From NCBI GenBank assembly GCA_009885895.1, contig VFJV01000052.1, positions 1-39,582 of the forward strand: DNA of 39,582 nt. Direction: 5' to 3'. The notes beneath the pieces were generated by a model. That model did no database searches. It was not told the origin of the DNA and was given only the letters and a program-made list of their open reading frames with translations. Both the position numbers and the translations under genes were made by a program. The DNA is from Gammaproteobacteria bacterium. Lineage in GTDB: Bacteria > Pseudomonadota > Gammaproteobacteria > UBA1113. This document shows positions 1-10,200 of this stretch, one piece after another; position 1 is the stretch's first letter; each line of letters begins with the position of its first letter.

Positions 1-259
1 CCAACAATGCAGGGATCTTCTGTACCTCATCAATGATAACGGGATACTGTAATTCATCTTCTGTAGCCACCAAAAGCTCTTCACGCAGTAAGTTGGGTGC
101 AACTAACAAGCGCGTAAAATCATCGGTTTTTAGTAAATTGTAATAGCGCGATTTTGGGAAAAAATGTTTTAAATACGTTGATTTTCCCGTATTGCGGGCC
201 CCCCATAAAAAAGTAGATTGCCCTGCAGGCAGATCTAGTTTGAGCACTCTCTGATACAT
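1..259 (-). CDS. AAA-family ATP-binding protein (AAA_14/DUF4143 type), N-terminal part; runs off the window edge
   Basis: Not in the ORF track. Manual translation from the ATG at 259 gives MYQRVLKLDLPAGQSTFLWGARNTGKSTYLKHFF...PVIIDEVQKIPALL, with Walker A (GARNTGKS) and Walker B (IIDEVQ) of the same family as 31991-33361. Confidence 0.85.
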   Translation of the reverse strand, partial: MYQRVLKLDLPAGQSTFLWGARNTGKSTYLKHFFPKSRYYNLLKTDDFTRLLVAPNLLREELLVATEDELQYPVIIDEVQKIPALL

Positions 260-279
260 AACTTTTTAACCTAATAAAC

Positions 280-375
280 TTAACTTATCCGGAGTATAGT
301 CCATTTTAGTTGAGCTCACAAGGAACATGTTCCGCTTTAGTTCAACCTAAAAGGACTATACTCCGAATAAGTTAA
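280..375. repeat. Long imperfect inverted repeat upstream of the AAA ATPase
   Basis: TTAACTTATCCGGAGTATAGTCC (280-302) pairs with GGACTATACTCCGAATAAGTTAA (353-375) at 22/23. Pairing continues inward (AGTTGAGCT/AGTTCAAC) around a central palindrome GGAACATGTTCC. Confidence 0.85.
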
Positions 376-591
376 ACTGTAGAAGAGTGGCTATATCTAA
401 AATTGTATGTAAAAACAAGTGTTTATCAACGAATTACAGCAAATATTCCTCTAACAAGTTATTTCGCGCATGATCCTAATTAAATTATCTCAGGCAATCA
501 TAGGAGGGATTGCCTCTGGGTGCAACTAGTGGCTTTGTGGAAGAACTGCCAAAAATGGCGGTAGAGTATTGAACCGCTGACTTCCCACTTA

Positions 592-1002
592 TCATTCAGG
601 ATAATAAGGCGTTACCACGGCCCATACACGATTGATTTTATGGTTCTCATTCAGATGCCATATACCACAAACCCAACGATGACGTAGCGCCTGAGTCTTT
701 TTTTTGATAGAGGAAGAATAAAAATAAACTGAAATATGTTCGTTGCCACTAGCAACGATTTTGAGTATATCCAGCGTAGTGTCCTGATAATTTTCTTTGT
801 ACCAATGGGCAAACTGTGCCAAATCGTCATAGCCAAGATTAGAAACAATAGGCCTTTTTTGGTCATCTGCAACGCTGATCGTCTCCTGAAAATCTTGGGC
901 GTAAAATTCATCTATCCGATTCAGATCATGCCCTTGCCAAATATTAAAAAACATAGTCTTAAAAAATTGCTCTGCTTGCAATGAGCATAGAGGCAATATC
1001 AT
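592..1002 (-). CDS. SnoaL/NTF2-like (ester cyclase family) protein
   Basis: 136 aa with the pattern 'IW..HDLNRIDEFYAQDF...YQDTTLDILKIVASG...GIWHL.ENHKI.RVW' typical of SnoaL-like folds. ATGA overlap with the ffh stop. Confidence 0.65.
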   Translation of the reverse strand: MILPLCSLQAEQFFKTMFFNIWQGHDLNRIDEFYAQDFQETISVADDQKRPIVSNLGYDDLAQFAHWYKENYQDTTLDILKIVASGNEHISVYFYSSSIKKKTQALRHRWVCGIWHLNENHKINRVWAVVTPYYPE

Positions 1003-2369
1003 CCTAGCAGGCCACCCAAGCCGCCGGGTAGATTTCCGCCTAAGTGTTTCATCATTTTACTCAGGCCACCTTTAGCCATTTTTTTAAACATTTTTTGCAT
1101 TTGCTCAAATTGCTTTAAAAGTTTATTAATATCTTGTATAGAAGTGCCTGAACCCTGGGCGATACGACGCTTGCGTGAGCCGTTAATGAGGTCGGGAAAA
1201 TGCCGCTCTTTAGGGGTCATAGAGTTGATGATGGCTTCAAATCGGGTTAAACTTGTATCACCTAACATTTTTTCTTTTACGGCTTGGGATACGTTGCCTA
1301 CGCCAGGTATTTTATCCATCATTGAGGATAAGCCGCCCATTTTTTTCATTTCTTGCAGTTGGCTTTTAAAATCATCTAAATTAAAACCGCGGCCTTTATG
1401 AATTTTCTTAGCAATTTTAGCGGCTTTTTCTTGATCGACAGAGCTTTGCACTGATTCTACTAAGCCTACAATGTCGCCGTGGCCTAAAATGCGCGAGACG
1501 ATGCGTTCAGGGTAAAAGGGTGATAATGCGTCTATTTTTTCACCCGTACCCATAAATTTAATGGGTTTACCCGTGAGGTAGCGCACCGAAAGCGCGGCAC
1601 CACCGCGTGCATCGCCGTCTGTTTTGGTTAAGATGATGCCTGTTAAGGGTAGTTTTTCGTGAAAAGCAAGTGCTGTTTTAGCGGCATCTTGACCTGTCAT
1701 ACTATCGACCACAAACAGCGTTTCGGTAGGTGAGACTGCTTTGTGCAGGCTTTCTATTTCAGTCATCATGTCAGAATCGATGTGTAGGCGCCCGGCGGTG
1801 TCGATAATAAGCACATCTAGACTTTTTTGTTTAGCGGTCAGTAAGGCGGATTGGGCTATTTTGATAGGAGAATCCCTGTTAGAACTAGGGTGAAATTCGG
1901 CGCCAATTTGGCCTGCCAAAGTTTCAAGCTGCAAAATAGCAGCGGGGCGATAAACGTCTACGCTGGTTAATAACACTTTCTTTTTGTGTGTTTCTTGTAA
2001 AAATTGAGCTAATTTAGCCGCTGTGGTGGTTTTACCAGAGCCTTGCAGGCCCGCCAATAGAATAATGACAGGGGGTTGCACAGCTAAATTTAGGCTTTCA
2101 TTTTTTTCTCCCATGACCAGAACCAATTCATCGTGGATGATTTTGATTAAGGTTTGTCCGGGTGAAAGACTGCGCAATACTTCTTGCCCTAGGGCGCGTT
2201 TTTTAATATCGTTTAACAGTTGTTTTACGACGATCAAAGCTACGTCTGCATCTAATAAGGCCTCACGAATTTCTTTTAAGGTGTCCGTGATATTTTTTTC
2301 GGTAATACGCCCTTGTCCCGTCAGTTTATTGAGGGTAGCGCTGAGCTTTTCTGTTAAAGAATTGAACAT
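999..2369 (-). CDS. ffh: Signal recognition particle protein Ffh
   Basis: MFNSLTEKLS start, GLQGSGKTT, DTAGR, TKTDGDARGG, and a Met-rich M domain with SRKRRIAQGSG. Confidence 0.98.
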   Translation of the reverse strand: MFNSLTEKLSATLNKLTGQGRITEKNITDTLKEIREALLDADVALIVVKQLLNDIKKRALGQEVLRSLSPGQTLIKIIHDELVLVMGEKNESLNLAVQPPVIILLAGLQGSGKTTTAAKLAQFLQETHKKKVLLTSVDVYRPAAILQLETLAGQIGAEFHPSSNRDSPIKIAQSALLTAKQKSLDVLIIDTAGRLHIDSDMMTEIESLHKAVSPTETLFVVDSMTGQDAAKTALAFHEKLPLTGIILTKTDGDARGGAALSVRYLTGKPIKFMGTGEKIDALSPFYPERIVSRILGHGDIVGLVESVQSSVDQEKAAKIAKKIHKGRGFNLDDFKSQLQEMKKMGGLSSMMDKIPGVGNVSQAVKEKMLGDTSLTRFEAIINSMTPKERHFPDLINGSRKRRIAQGSGTSIQDINKLLKQFEQMQKMFKKMAKGGLSKMMKHLGGNLPGGLGGLLG

Positions 2370-2440
2370 AATGACGTCTCGTTGCTTATAATGAGTCCAT
2401 TATACTGAGCCTTGCTATGCGGCACAAGTTCTTGCGATAA

Positions 2441-2567
2441 TATACTCTTCGCATTTGATTTTTAGGGGGTGTTCCCTACGCCCATCTCGCAACAGTCCTG
2501 TAGGGTACTACACTCCTGTTGCTCGCGAGCTCGGCGCCTACCCTAAAAACCAACTGCTATGAGTATA
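2441..2567. mobile_element. MITE-like palindromic element, family B, copy 1
   Basis: 27-bp imperfect terminal inverted repeats TATACTCTTCGCATTTGATTTTTAGGG / CCCTAAAAACCAACTGCTATGAGTATA. Homologous to 30976-31084 and 31941-32008. Confidence 0.75.
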
Positions 2568-2593
2568 GCAGTAGGATACACAGGAGTTAAAAT

Positions 2594-3856
2594 TTGCACA
2601 GCTTAAGCGTGATCACTTCCATCATCATCTTAGTGGGATTATTGCTGATATCGGCATTTTTTTCAGCATCAGAAACGGCGTTAATGTCGATTAATCGCTA
2701 TCGTTTGCGGTATTTGGTTCAGATGGGCTTACCTCCGGCCAAAAGAGTTCTTTTCTTACTTAAAAAACCAGACCGTTTGTTGGCAACCATTCTCATTTGC
2801 AATACCTTTGCCAATATTGTGGCTTCGGCTGTTGCAACTATGCTGGCTATTCATTTTTGGGGAGAAATTGGGGTTGCTTTTGCCGCAGTGGTATTAACCC
2901 TGATCATCTTAATTTTCAGCGAAATCGCCCCTAAAACGCTCGCCATTGCGTACCCTCAAAAATTTAGTTTTATCATTTCCTGGCCCTTATTACTCATATC
3001 TTACCTACTTTATCCTATGGTCTGGTTAATCACTCAATTCTCAAATGGCTTATTGCGTTTGCTGGGGCTTAAGTTGCAACATAATCACAGCGATCGCTTA
3101 AGCTCTGAAGAATTGCGCTCTGTGGTTGCGGATCCCTCGGGTAAAATAACGGGGCATCACCAAGAAATGCTATTGAGGATCTTAGATTTGGAAAAAATGA
3201 CGGTAAACGATGTGATGATCCCACGCAATAGGATCCTCAGCCTGGATATCGACGACGATCTGGAAAAAATTCGCGAGCAATTATTAAGCTGCAATATGAA
3301 ATATATTCCGGTGTACCAAGACGATATCAATGAAATTAAAGGTATTTTACCTGTGTTTAGAGCTTTGGAAATATTTTTTGGCACATCACCTAATAAAACA
3401 GCTATTTTTGCGCTCATGGAAGAGCCGTATTTTATACCGGAAGAAACCTTACTCTCTACACAAATGAAACATTTTAAATTAAAAGATCGCAATCATGCTT
3501 TTGTAGTGGACGAATATGGGGATATTCTTGGTCTGGTGAGTTTAGGAAACATTGTGCATGAAATAGTGGGTGAGCTCGCTATGGAAAAAAATGATGAAGA
3601 CACCTTGCTGCAGCTAGAATCAGATGGCAGTTATATGGTTAATGCGGCTATACACGTGCGTGAATTAAATCGCATCTTGCAAGCCAATTTTCCGAGCGAA
3701 GGCCCTAGGACTTTAAGCGGTTTAGTCACGGAATATTTAGAAGCGATCCCAACAGCCCAAAGCTGCCTGTATTTAGGCGGTTATCGCTTAGAAATTATGG
3801 CCGTGGAAGGCAATACAATCAGTTTAATTAAAATATTGCCGAAGAAAACGGTTTAA
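2594..3856 (+). CDS. HlyC/CorC (CNNM, CorB/YfjD-like) membrane protein: DUF21 + CBS pair + CorC_HlyC
   Basis: SAFFSASETA, EIAPKT, VMIPR, VVDEYG and TLSGLV motifs. TTG start with CAGGAG RBS at 2581-2586. Divergent from ffh, as yfjD is in other gammaproteobacteria. Confidence 0.92.
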   Translation: MHSLSVITSIIILVGLLLISAFFSASETALMSINRYRLRYLVQMGLPPAKRVLFLLKKPDRLLATILICNTFANIVASAVATMLAIHFWGEIGVAFAAVVLTLIILIFSEIAPKTLAIAYPQKFSFIISWPLLLISYLLYPMVWLITQFSNGLLRLLGLKLQHNHSDRLSSEELRSVVADPSGKITGHHQEMLLRILDLEKMTVNDVMIPRNRILSLDIDDDLEKIREQLLSCNMKYIPVYQDDINEIKGILPVFRALEIFFGTSPNKTAIFALMEEPYFIPEETLLSTQMKHFKLKDRNHAFVVDEYGDILGLVSLGNIVHEIVGELAMEKNDEDTLLQLESDGSYMVNAAIHVRELNRILQANFPSEGPRTLSGLVTEYLEAIPTAQSCLYLGGYRLEIMAVEGNTISLIKILPKKTV

Positions 3857-3901
3857 AAACAAAACGAAAAAGTATATCTTAACACCTTAAAATGGAAAAA
3901 A

Positions 3902-5446
3902 ATGCCTAAAATAAAATCCCCCAATGAAGAGCCTCTAGAGAAACAACTCTGGAAAGCTGCTGATAAATTGCGCAAAAACATTGATGCCGCGGAATATAAG
4001 CATGTTGTACTGGGGTTGATCTTTCTTAAATACATTTCAGACTCCTTTGAAGAGCATTTTGCCCAGTTAAAAGCAGGCCTAGGCGAATATGCAGGTGCCG
4101 ATCCCGAAGATCGCGATGAGTATCAAGCTGAAAACGTGTTTTTTGTGCCAGTACAAGCGCGGTGGTCATTTTTACAAGCACAGGCCAAAGATCCCAAAAT
4201 AGGTATTTTAGTGGATGCGGCGATGGATGCGATTGAGCGTGAAAATGCTTTATTAAAAGGTGGGGTTTTGCCCAAAGGTTTTGCTAAATCAAACCTTGAC
4301 CCTAGCAGTTTAGGCGCTTTGATTGATTTAGTCGGCAATATTGCCTTAGGCGATGCTAAATCGCGCAGCGCCGATGTATTAGGCCATGTATTTGAGTATT
4401 TTCTAGGCGAGTTCGCCCTGGCGGAAGGCAAACAAGGCGGACAATTCTACACCCCGCGCAGCATTGTAGAGTTATTAGTGAATATGCTTGAACCCTACAA
4501 AGGGCGGATTTTTGACCCTTGTTGTGGTTCGGGTGGCATGTTTGTACAGTCGGAAGAATTTGTTAAAAGTCACCAGGGAAAAATAGACGATATTTCCATT
4601 TACGGACAAGAAAGCAATCAAACCACTTGGCGCTTGGCCAAAATGAATTTGGCCATTCGTGGGATTGACAGCTCACAGGTCAAATGGAACAACGAGGGCT
4701 CATTTTTAAACGATGCACACATTGACTTAAAGGCCGATTTTATTATTGCCAATCCGCCCTTTAATGTCAGCGATTGGAGCGGCGAATTATTACGCGGCGA
4801 TGGCCGCTGGAAATACGGCACACCGCCCGCGGGCAATGCCAATTTTGCCTGGTTACAGCATTTTATTTATCATCTAGCGCCGAATGGTCAAGCAGGGGTT
4901 GTTCTGTCTAAAGGTGCCTTGACCTCTAAAACCAGTGGCGAGGGCGATATACGCAGGAGGCTAATCGAGGAAGGGAACCTCATCGATTGCATTGTTAATT
5001 TACCCGCAAAACTATTTTTAAATACCCAAATTCCCGCCGCCTTGTGGTTTATGAGCCGTAAGCGCAGCAAAAGCACCATAGAACGGCAAAAAAATGAAAT
5101 TCTGTTTATTGACGCGCGCAATTTAGGGCATTTAATCAATCGCCGTACGCGTGAATTATCTGAAGAGGACATTCAACACATTACAGATACCTATCACAAC
5201 TGGCGCAATCCCAAGGGCAATTACGAAGACATCAAGGGTTTTTGTTGCAGCGCATCGATTGAACGGGTCAAAGAACTGGATTATGTCTTAACGCCTGGGC
5301 GTTATGTGGGTTTACCCGATGATGAAGACGATTTTGATTTTAAAGAGCGCTTTAGTGCCTTAAAAACCGAGTTTCAGGCGCAATTGAAAGAAGAAACGGC
5401 ATTGAATCAAGCGATTATAGAGAATTTAGCGAGAATAGATCTATGA
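3902..5446 (+). CDS. hsdM: Type I restriction-modification methyltransferase subunit (N6-adenine)
   Basis: LWKAADKLR N-terminus, GQFYTPRS, motif I FDPCCGSGG, catalytic NPPF, and LTPGRYVG. Confidence 0.97.
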   Translation: MPKIKSPNEEPLEKQLWKAADKLRKNIDAAEYKHVVLGLIFLKYISDSFEEHFAQLKAGLGEYAGADPEDRDEYQAENVFFVPVQARWSFLQAQAKDPKIGILVDAAMDAIERENALLKGGVLPKGFAKSNLDPSSLGALIDLVGNIALGDAKSRSADVLGHVFEYFLGEFALAEGKQGGQFYTPRSIVELLVNMLEPYKGRIFDPCCGSGGMFVQSEEFVKSHQGKIDDISIYGQESNQTTWRLAKMNLAIRGIDSSQVKWNNEGSFLNDAHIDLKADFIIANPPFNVSDWSGELLRGDGRWKYGTPPAGNANFAWLQHFIYHLAPNGQAGVVLSKGALTSKTSGEGDIRRRLIEEGNLIDCIVNLPAKLFLNTQIPAALWFMSRKRSKSTIERQKNEILFIDARNLGHLINRRTRELSEEDIQHITDTYHNWRNPKGNYEDIKGFCCSASIERVKELDYVLTPGRYVGLPDDEDDFDFKERFSALKTEFQAQLKEETALNQAIIENLARIDL

Positions 5447-5862
5447 ATAACGAATTACGCTGGAAACAACGCTTTGGAAATTTTGAAAATGCGTATGCGC
5501 TGTTTTTACGGCGTATCAATGAATATGAAGAATTCCCCTACAAAGAAGCGTACCAAATGGCTTTGGTACAGGGTTTTGAAATTGCCATTGAATTGGCATG
5601 GAAGACCCTGAAGGATTATTTGGAAAATGAAGGCTACGATGGGGTTGAAAACAGCAAGCAAAGCATACGCCAAGCGTTTCAAGCTGAAGTCATCAGCCAT
5701 GCTGAAACTTGGATGAGCGCGTTAGAAAAACGCAATTTAACCAGCCATACCTATAATGTCAGTATTTTACTGGAAACCGTGCGCTTTATTCACCAAGATT
5801 TTTTCCCCGTTCTGCGCGATCTGTTTTTTAAATTAAAAAGCCATCGGGATGATTTGGCATGA
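5443..5862 (+). CDS. HEPN-domain protein (HI0074 nucleotidyltransferase substrate-binding / HepT-like RNase toxin)
   Basis: RWKQRF start, QGFEIAIELAWKTLKDYLE, and RNLTSHTY = RX4HXY HEPN motif. ATGA overlaps with both neighbours. Confidence 0.92.
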   Translation: MNNELRWKQRFGNFENAYALFLRRINEYEEFPYKEAYQMALVQGFEIAIELAWKTLKDYLENEGYDGVENSKQSIRQAFQAEVISHAETWMSALEKRNLTSHTYNVSILLETVRFIHQDFFPVLRDLFFKLKSHRDDLA

Positions 5863-7298
5863 AATACGGTTTAAGCGAGGCGCAATTTCAGCAGATTGTT
5901 GATTTTATCGCGGCTTATCCAGAAGTAGAAGAGGCGATACTCTTCGGCTCTCGTGCTATCAACACCTTTAAAGAAGCCTCTGATGTGGATATTGCCATTA
6001 AAGGCAACAATGTAACGGTTGCTTTAGCACAGCGCATGCAATTTGATATAGAAGAAGACTCTTATTTGCCCTTCTTTTTTGATGTTATTGCGTATCCGTC
6101 CATTGACAATGATGCTTTGATACAGCATATAGCGCATAAAGGCGTGGTAATTTATAAGCGGGGGGTGAGTGCGTGGCGGGAGTGTAAGCTTTCAGAAATT
6201 ACTGAACCAGTAAAAAATACTTATTTGCCAATCAATACGGAAGAGTTTACTTATATTGGGCTTGAGCATATTGAGCAACAAAGCTTGAGATTGAATGGCG
6301 TTGGCAAATCATCTGGCGTCACTAGCAATAAATTTTTATTTCAAAAAAACGATGTTCTTTTTGGTAAGTTGCGGCCATATTTCAGGAAAGTATTTAAGCC
6401 TAAGTTTTCTGGTATTTGTTCAACTGACATTTGGGTATTTAGAGCTAAAAGTGGATTTTCACAAGATTTTATTTTTTATTTTATGGCAAATAGGGATTTT
6501 ATCGATACGGCAAACAGTGGGGAAGGCGGAACGCGAATGCCACGAGCAGACTGGAATTTTCTAAAGTCTACATTGTGGGCTGTCCCACCCCTCTCCGAAC
6601 AAAAAGCCATTGCCGCCGTTCTCAGTAGTTTGGACGATAAAATAGACCTGCTGCACCGCCAAAATAAAACCCTTGAAGCCATGGCTGAAACGCTGTTTAA
6701 GCAGTGGTTTGTGGTTGAGGCAAAGGAGGATTGGAAGAAAGGAAAATTAGGTGATGAATTTTATTTTACAATGGGGCAATCGCCATCTAGTAATTCATTT
6801 AATGAAGAAAAAATTGGTGTTCCAATGTTTCAAGGTAATGCAGATTTTGGTTTTCGCTTTCCCAGTGAAAGGGTTTTTACAACTGAGCCAACAAGATTTG
6901 CAGGCAAATTTGATACCTTAATTAGTGTTCGCGCGCCGGTTGGGGCACAAAATATGGCGCATAAAGAATGCTGTATTGGACGTGGAGTTGCAGCATTTAG
7001 ATATAAACATAACAACGATTATTATACTTATGCTTATTTCAAACTGCGTTCTCTTATGGAGGAAATAAAACAGTTTAATAATGAAGGTACGGTTTTTGGT
7101 TCAATTAGTAAATTTGATTTTGAAAATATTGCTATTACAATTCCTTCAAATGAAATAATTATAAATTTTGAAAAGGAAGTTAAACCAATGAACGATAAAA
7201 TTATAAAGAATTGCTATCAAATCCAAACCCTAGAAACCCTCCGCGATACCTTGTTACCCAAGTTAATGAGCGGCGAAATACGAGTAAACCCCCTATGA
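5859..7298 (+). CDS. hsdS: Fusion of a minimal nucleotidyltransferase (MNT, about aa 1-102) and a type I RM specificity subunit HsdS (two TRDs)
   Basis: N-terminal LFGSRAINTFKEASDVDIA = GSX10DXD. From aa 103 it reads VSAWRECKL, like an HsdS start. Central conserved region PPLSEQKAIAAVLSSLDDKIDLLHRQNKTLE and C-terminal LRDTLLPKLMSGEIRV. Confidence 0.92.
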   Translation: MKYGLSEAQFQQIVDFIAAYPEVEEAILFGSRAINTFKEASDVDIAIKGNNVTVALAQRMQFDIEEDSYLPFFFDVIAYPSIDNDALIQHIAHKGVVIYKRGVSAWRECKLSEITEPVKNTYLPINTEEFTYIGLEHIEQQSLRLNGVGKSSGVTSNKFLFQKNDVLFGKLRPYFRKVFKPKFSGICSTDIWVFRAKSGFSQDFIFYFMANRDFIDTANSGEGGTRMPRADWNFLKSTLWAVPPLSEQKAIAAVLSSLDDKIDLLHRQNKTLEAMAETLFKQWFVVEAKEDWKKGKLGDEFYFTMGQSPSSNSFNEEKIGVPMFQGNADFGFRFPSERVFTTEPTRFAGKFDTLISVRAPVGAQNMAHKECCIGRGVAAFRYKHNNDYYTYAYFKLRSLMEEIKQFNNEGTVFGSISKFDFENIAITIPSNEIIINFEKEVKPMNDKIIKNCYQIQTLETLRDTLLPKLMSGEIRVNPL

Positions 7299-10200
7299 AT
7301 CATTTAACGGAATCCGATCTTGAACAACATGCCATCCAATTATTGCAAGGCTTAGGCTATAACTATTTTCCCGGCACGCAATTAGAACGCAGCCGTTTGG
7401 ATGAAGTGGTTTTGACTGAGTGCTTAAGCGCCGCGGTGCATCGCATTAACCCGCATATTCCAGAATTGGCCAGAGCACAGGCCATTCAAGATATCCTCCG
7501 TATTCAATCCCCAGACACTTTAGCCAATAACGAACGCTTTCACCGCGCTTTAACCGAAGGGGTAAAAACCACCAAAACAGAAAACAATCAGGAGCGCGGC
7601 GATTTAGTCTGGCTGGTTGATTTTAACAATCCAGACAATAACGAATTCATTGCTGTCAATCAATTCACCGTGATTGAGAACCATCAACACAAACGCCCTG
7701 ATTTAATCCTGTTTGTAAACGGTTTACCCTTAGTGGTGATGGAATTAAAAAATCCGGCCGATGAAAATGCAACGATCAAATCCGCGTATCAACAGTTAGG
7801 CACCTACAAAAGGACCATTCCTAGCCTGTTTACTTACAATGCCTTGTTGGTTATTTCGGATGGATTAGACGCCAAAGCGGGTTCACTTTCAGCCGATTTT
7901 AACCGTTTTATGGCCTGGAAAAGTGCCGATGGCAAAAACGAGGCTTCACATTTAACCAGCCAACTGGAAGTTTTGATAAACGGCATGTTAAACAAAGCCA
8001 CTTTGCTGGATTTAGTGCGGCATTTTGTAGTGTTTGAAAAATCGAAAAAAGAAGACGCAGCAGGCATTATCAGCATTCACAGCGTTAAAAAAATAGCCGC
8101 TTATCATCAATATTACGCGGTGAATAAAGCCGTTGCCTCAACCTTGCAGGCAGCGGCTGTAGCCGGCAACAGAAAAGCCGGTGTGGTCTGGCACACGCAA
8201 GGCAGCGGTAAATCCTTGTCGATGGTGTTTTATACTGGGAAAATCGTTTTGGCTTTGGATAATCCAACCGTGTTGGTGATGACCGATCGCAACGATTTAG
8301 ACGATCAATTATTTGAAACCTTTTCGGCTTCTACTCAATTGTTGCGACAAGAACCTGTACAAGCCTGCAATCGTGAGCACTTAAAATATTTGTTGCGCGT
8401 AGTCTCCGGTGGCGTGGTGTTTTCTACCATTCAAAAGTTTCAACCCGAACAGGGCAATGTTTACGATGCCTTATCGGATCGCCGCAATATCGTGGTGATT
8501 GCAGACGAAGCGCATCGCAGCCAATATGGTTTTGCCGCTAAAACCCTGGATGAAAAAGATGCCAATGGTCTCATTATTGGTAAAAAAACCGTGTACGGTT
8601 TTGCCAAATATTTACGCGATGCCTTACCCAATGCCACTTATTTGGGCTTTACGGGCACGCCGATTGAAAAAACGGATGTGAATACGCCCGCCGTTTTTGG
8701 CGATTACATCGATATTTATGACATAGCCCAAGCCGTAGAAGACGGCGCCACGGTACGCATCTTTTATGAAAGCCGTTTGGCAAAAGCCGCGTTAAGCGAA
8801 GAAGGCAAAGCCTTAATTCATGACTTAGACGAAGAACTAGCGCTAGACGAGCTAAGCGATACCCAGGTCCTTAAAAGCCGCTGGACACAAGTAGAGGCTT
8901 TGATAGGCAGCACCCAACGCATCAAAAACATTGCCCTAGATATCGTGCAGCATTTTGAAGCGCGGCATGAAGTGTGTCCTGGAAAAGGAATGATTGTGTG
9001 CATGTCGCGCCGCATTGCGGCACTACTGTACAGCGAAATCATTCAATGTAAACCCGATTGGCATTCAGAGGATTTCAGCAAAGGCGCCATTAAGGTGCTT
9101 ATGACGGCCGCCTCTTCTGATGGTTACGAGATGAGTCTACACCACAGCACGAAGCAAGAGCGAAAAAATCTTGCAGCGCGAATGAAAGATCCTGAAGATC
9201 CCTTAAAATTGGTTATTGTCTGCGATATGTGGTTAACAGGTTTTGATGTTCCCAGCTTGCACACGATCTACATAGACAAACCCATGCAAGGGCATAATCT
9301 CATGCAAGCCATAGCACGGGTGAATCGCGTTTACTTGGATAAACCGGCGGGTTTGGTGGTGGATTATTTAGGCATTGCCGCCGATTTAAAGAAGGCTTTA
9401 TCGTTTTATACGGATGCAGGCGGAAAGGGCGACCCTACTGTATTGCAAGAAGAAGCATTAGACATGATGCAGGAAAAAATTGAAATCTTAGAAGCCATGT
9501 ATCAGGGCTTTAATATTGAGGCTTATTTTACCGCCGACACAGGGCAAAAATTAAGCCTGATTTTAGCCGCTGCCGATCGTATTTTAGGACTAGACAATGG
9601 CAAGGATCGCTATTTCAATGCAGTAAGGGCTTTGTCTGAAGCCTTTGCCATTGCTATTCCGCATGAAGAAGCTATGGCCGTTAAAGACAAAGTCGCTTTT
9701 TTTCAAGCCGTTAAAGCGCGCTTGGCAAAATTTGAAGCAAGAGGCCCGGGTAAAAGCGCTTTAGAATTAGAAACCACGATTAAACAAGTGATTGATAAAG
9801 CCTTAGTCTCTGAACAAGTGGTGGATATTTTTGATGCGGCGGGAATAAAGAAGCCTGACATTTCAATTCTTTCAGACGAATTTTTAGCCGAAATTCGGGG
9901 TATGAAACACAAAAATATTGCTTTGGCTGTGTTGAAAAAATTATTGACCGATGAATTGAAAACCCGCGCAAAAACAAATCTTGCGCAAAGCAAATCCTTA
10001 TTAGAAATGTTAGAAACCAGCCTTAAAAAATATCAAAATCGTGTTCTTAACGCCGCCGAGATCATCGAAGAGTTGATAAACATCAGCAAAGAAGTGGTTG
10101 CTGGCGATAATGAAGCCAAAGATCTGGGATTAACGGCTTATGAATATGCTTTTTATACTGCTGTGGCCAGTAATGACAGTGCCAAAGCATTGATGCAGCA

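Noticed and set aside
7211-7294. N-terminal extension of HsdR in the ORF track
   Set aside because: It overlaps hsdS. The ATG at 7295 gives a typical HsdR start and an ATGA overlap.
5859-7298. hsdS shufflon or invertible TRD system
   Set aside because: Only one hsdS, with no recombinase, silent TRD cassettes or flanking inverted repeats seen.
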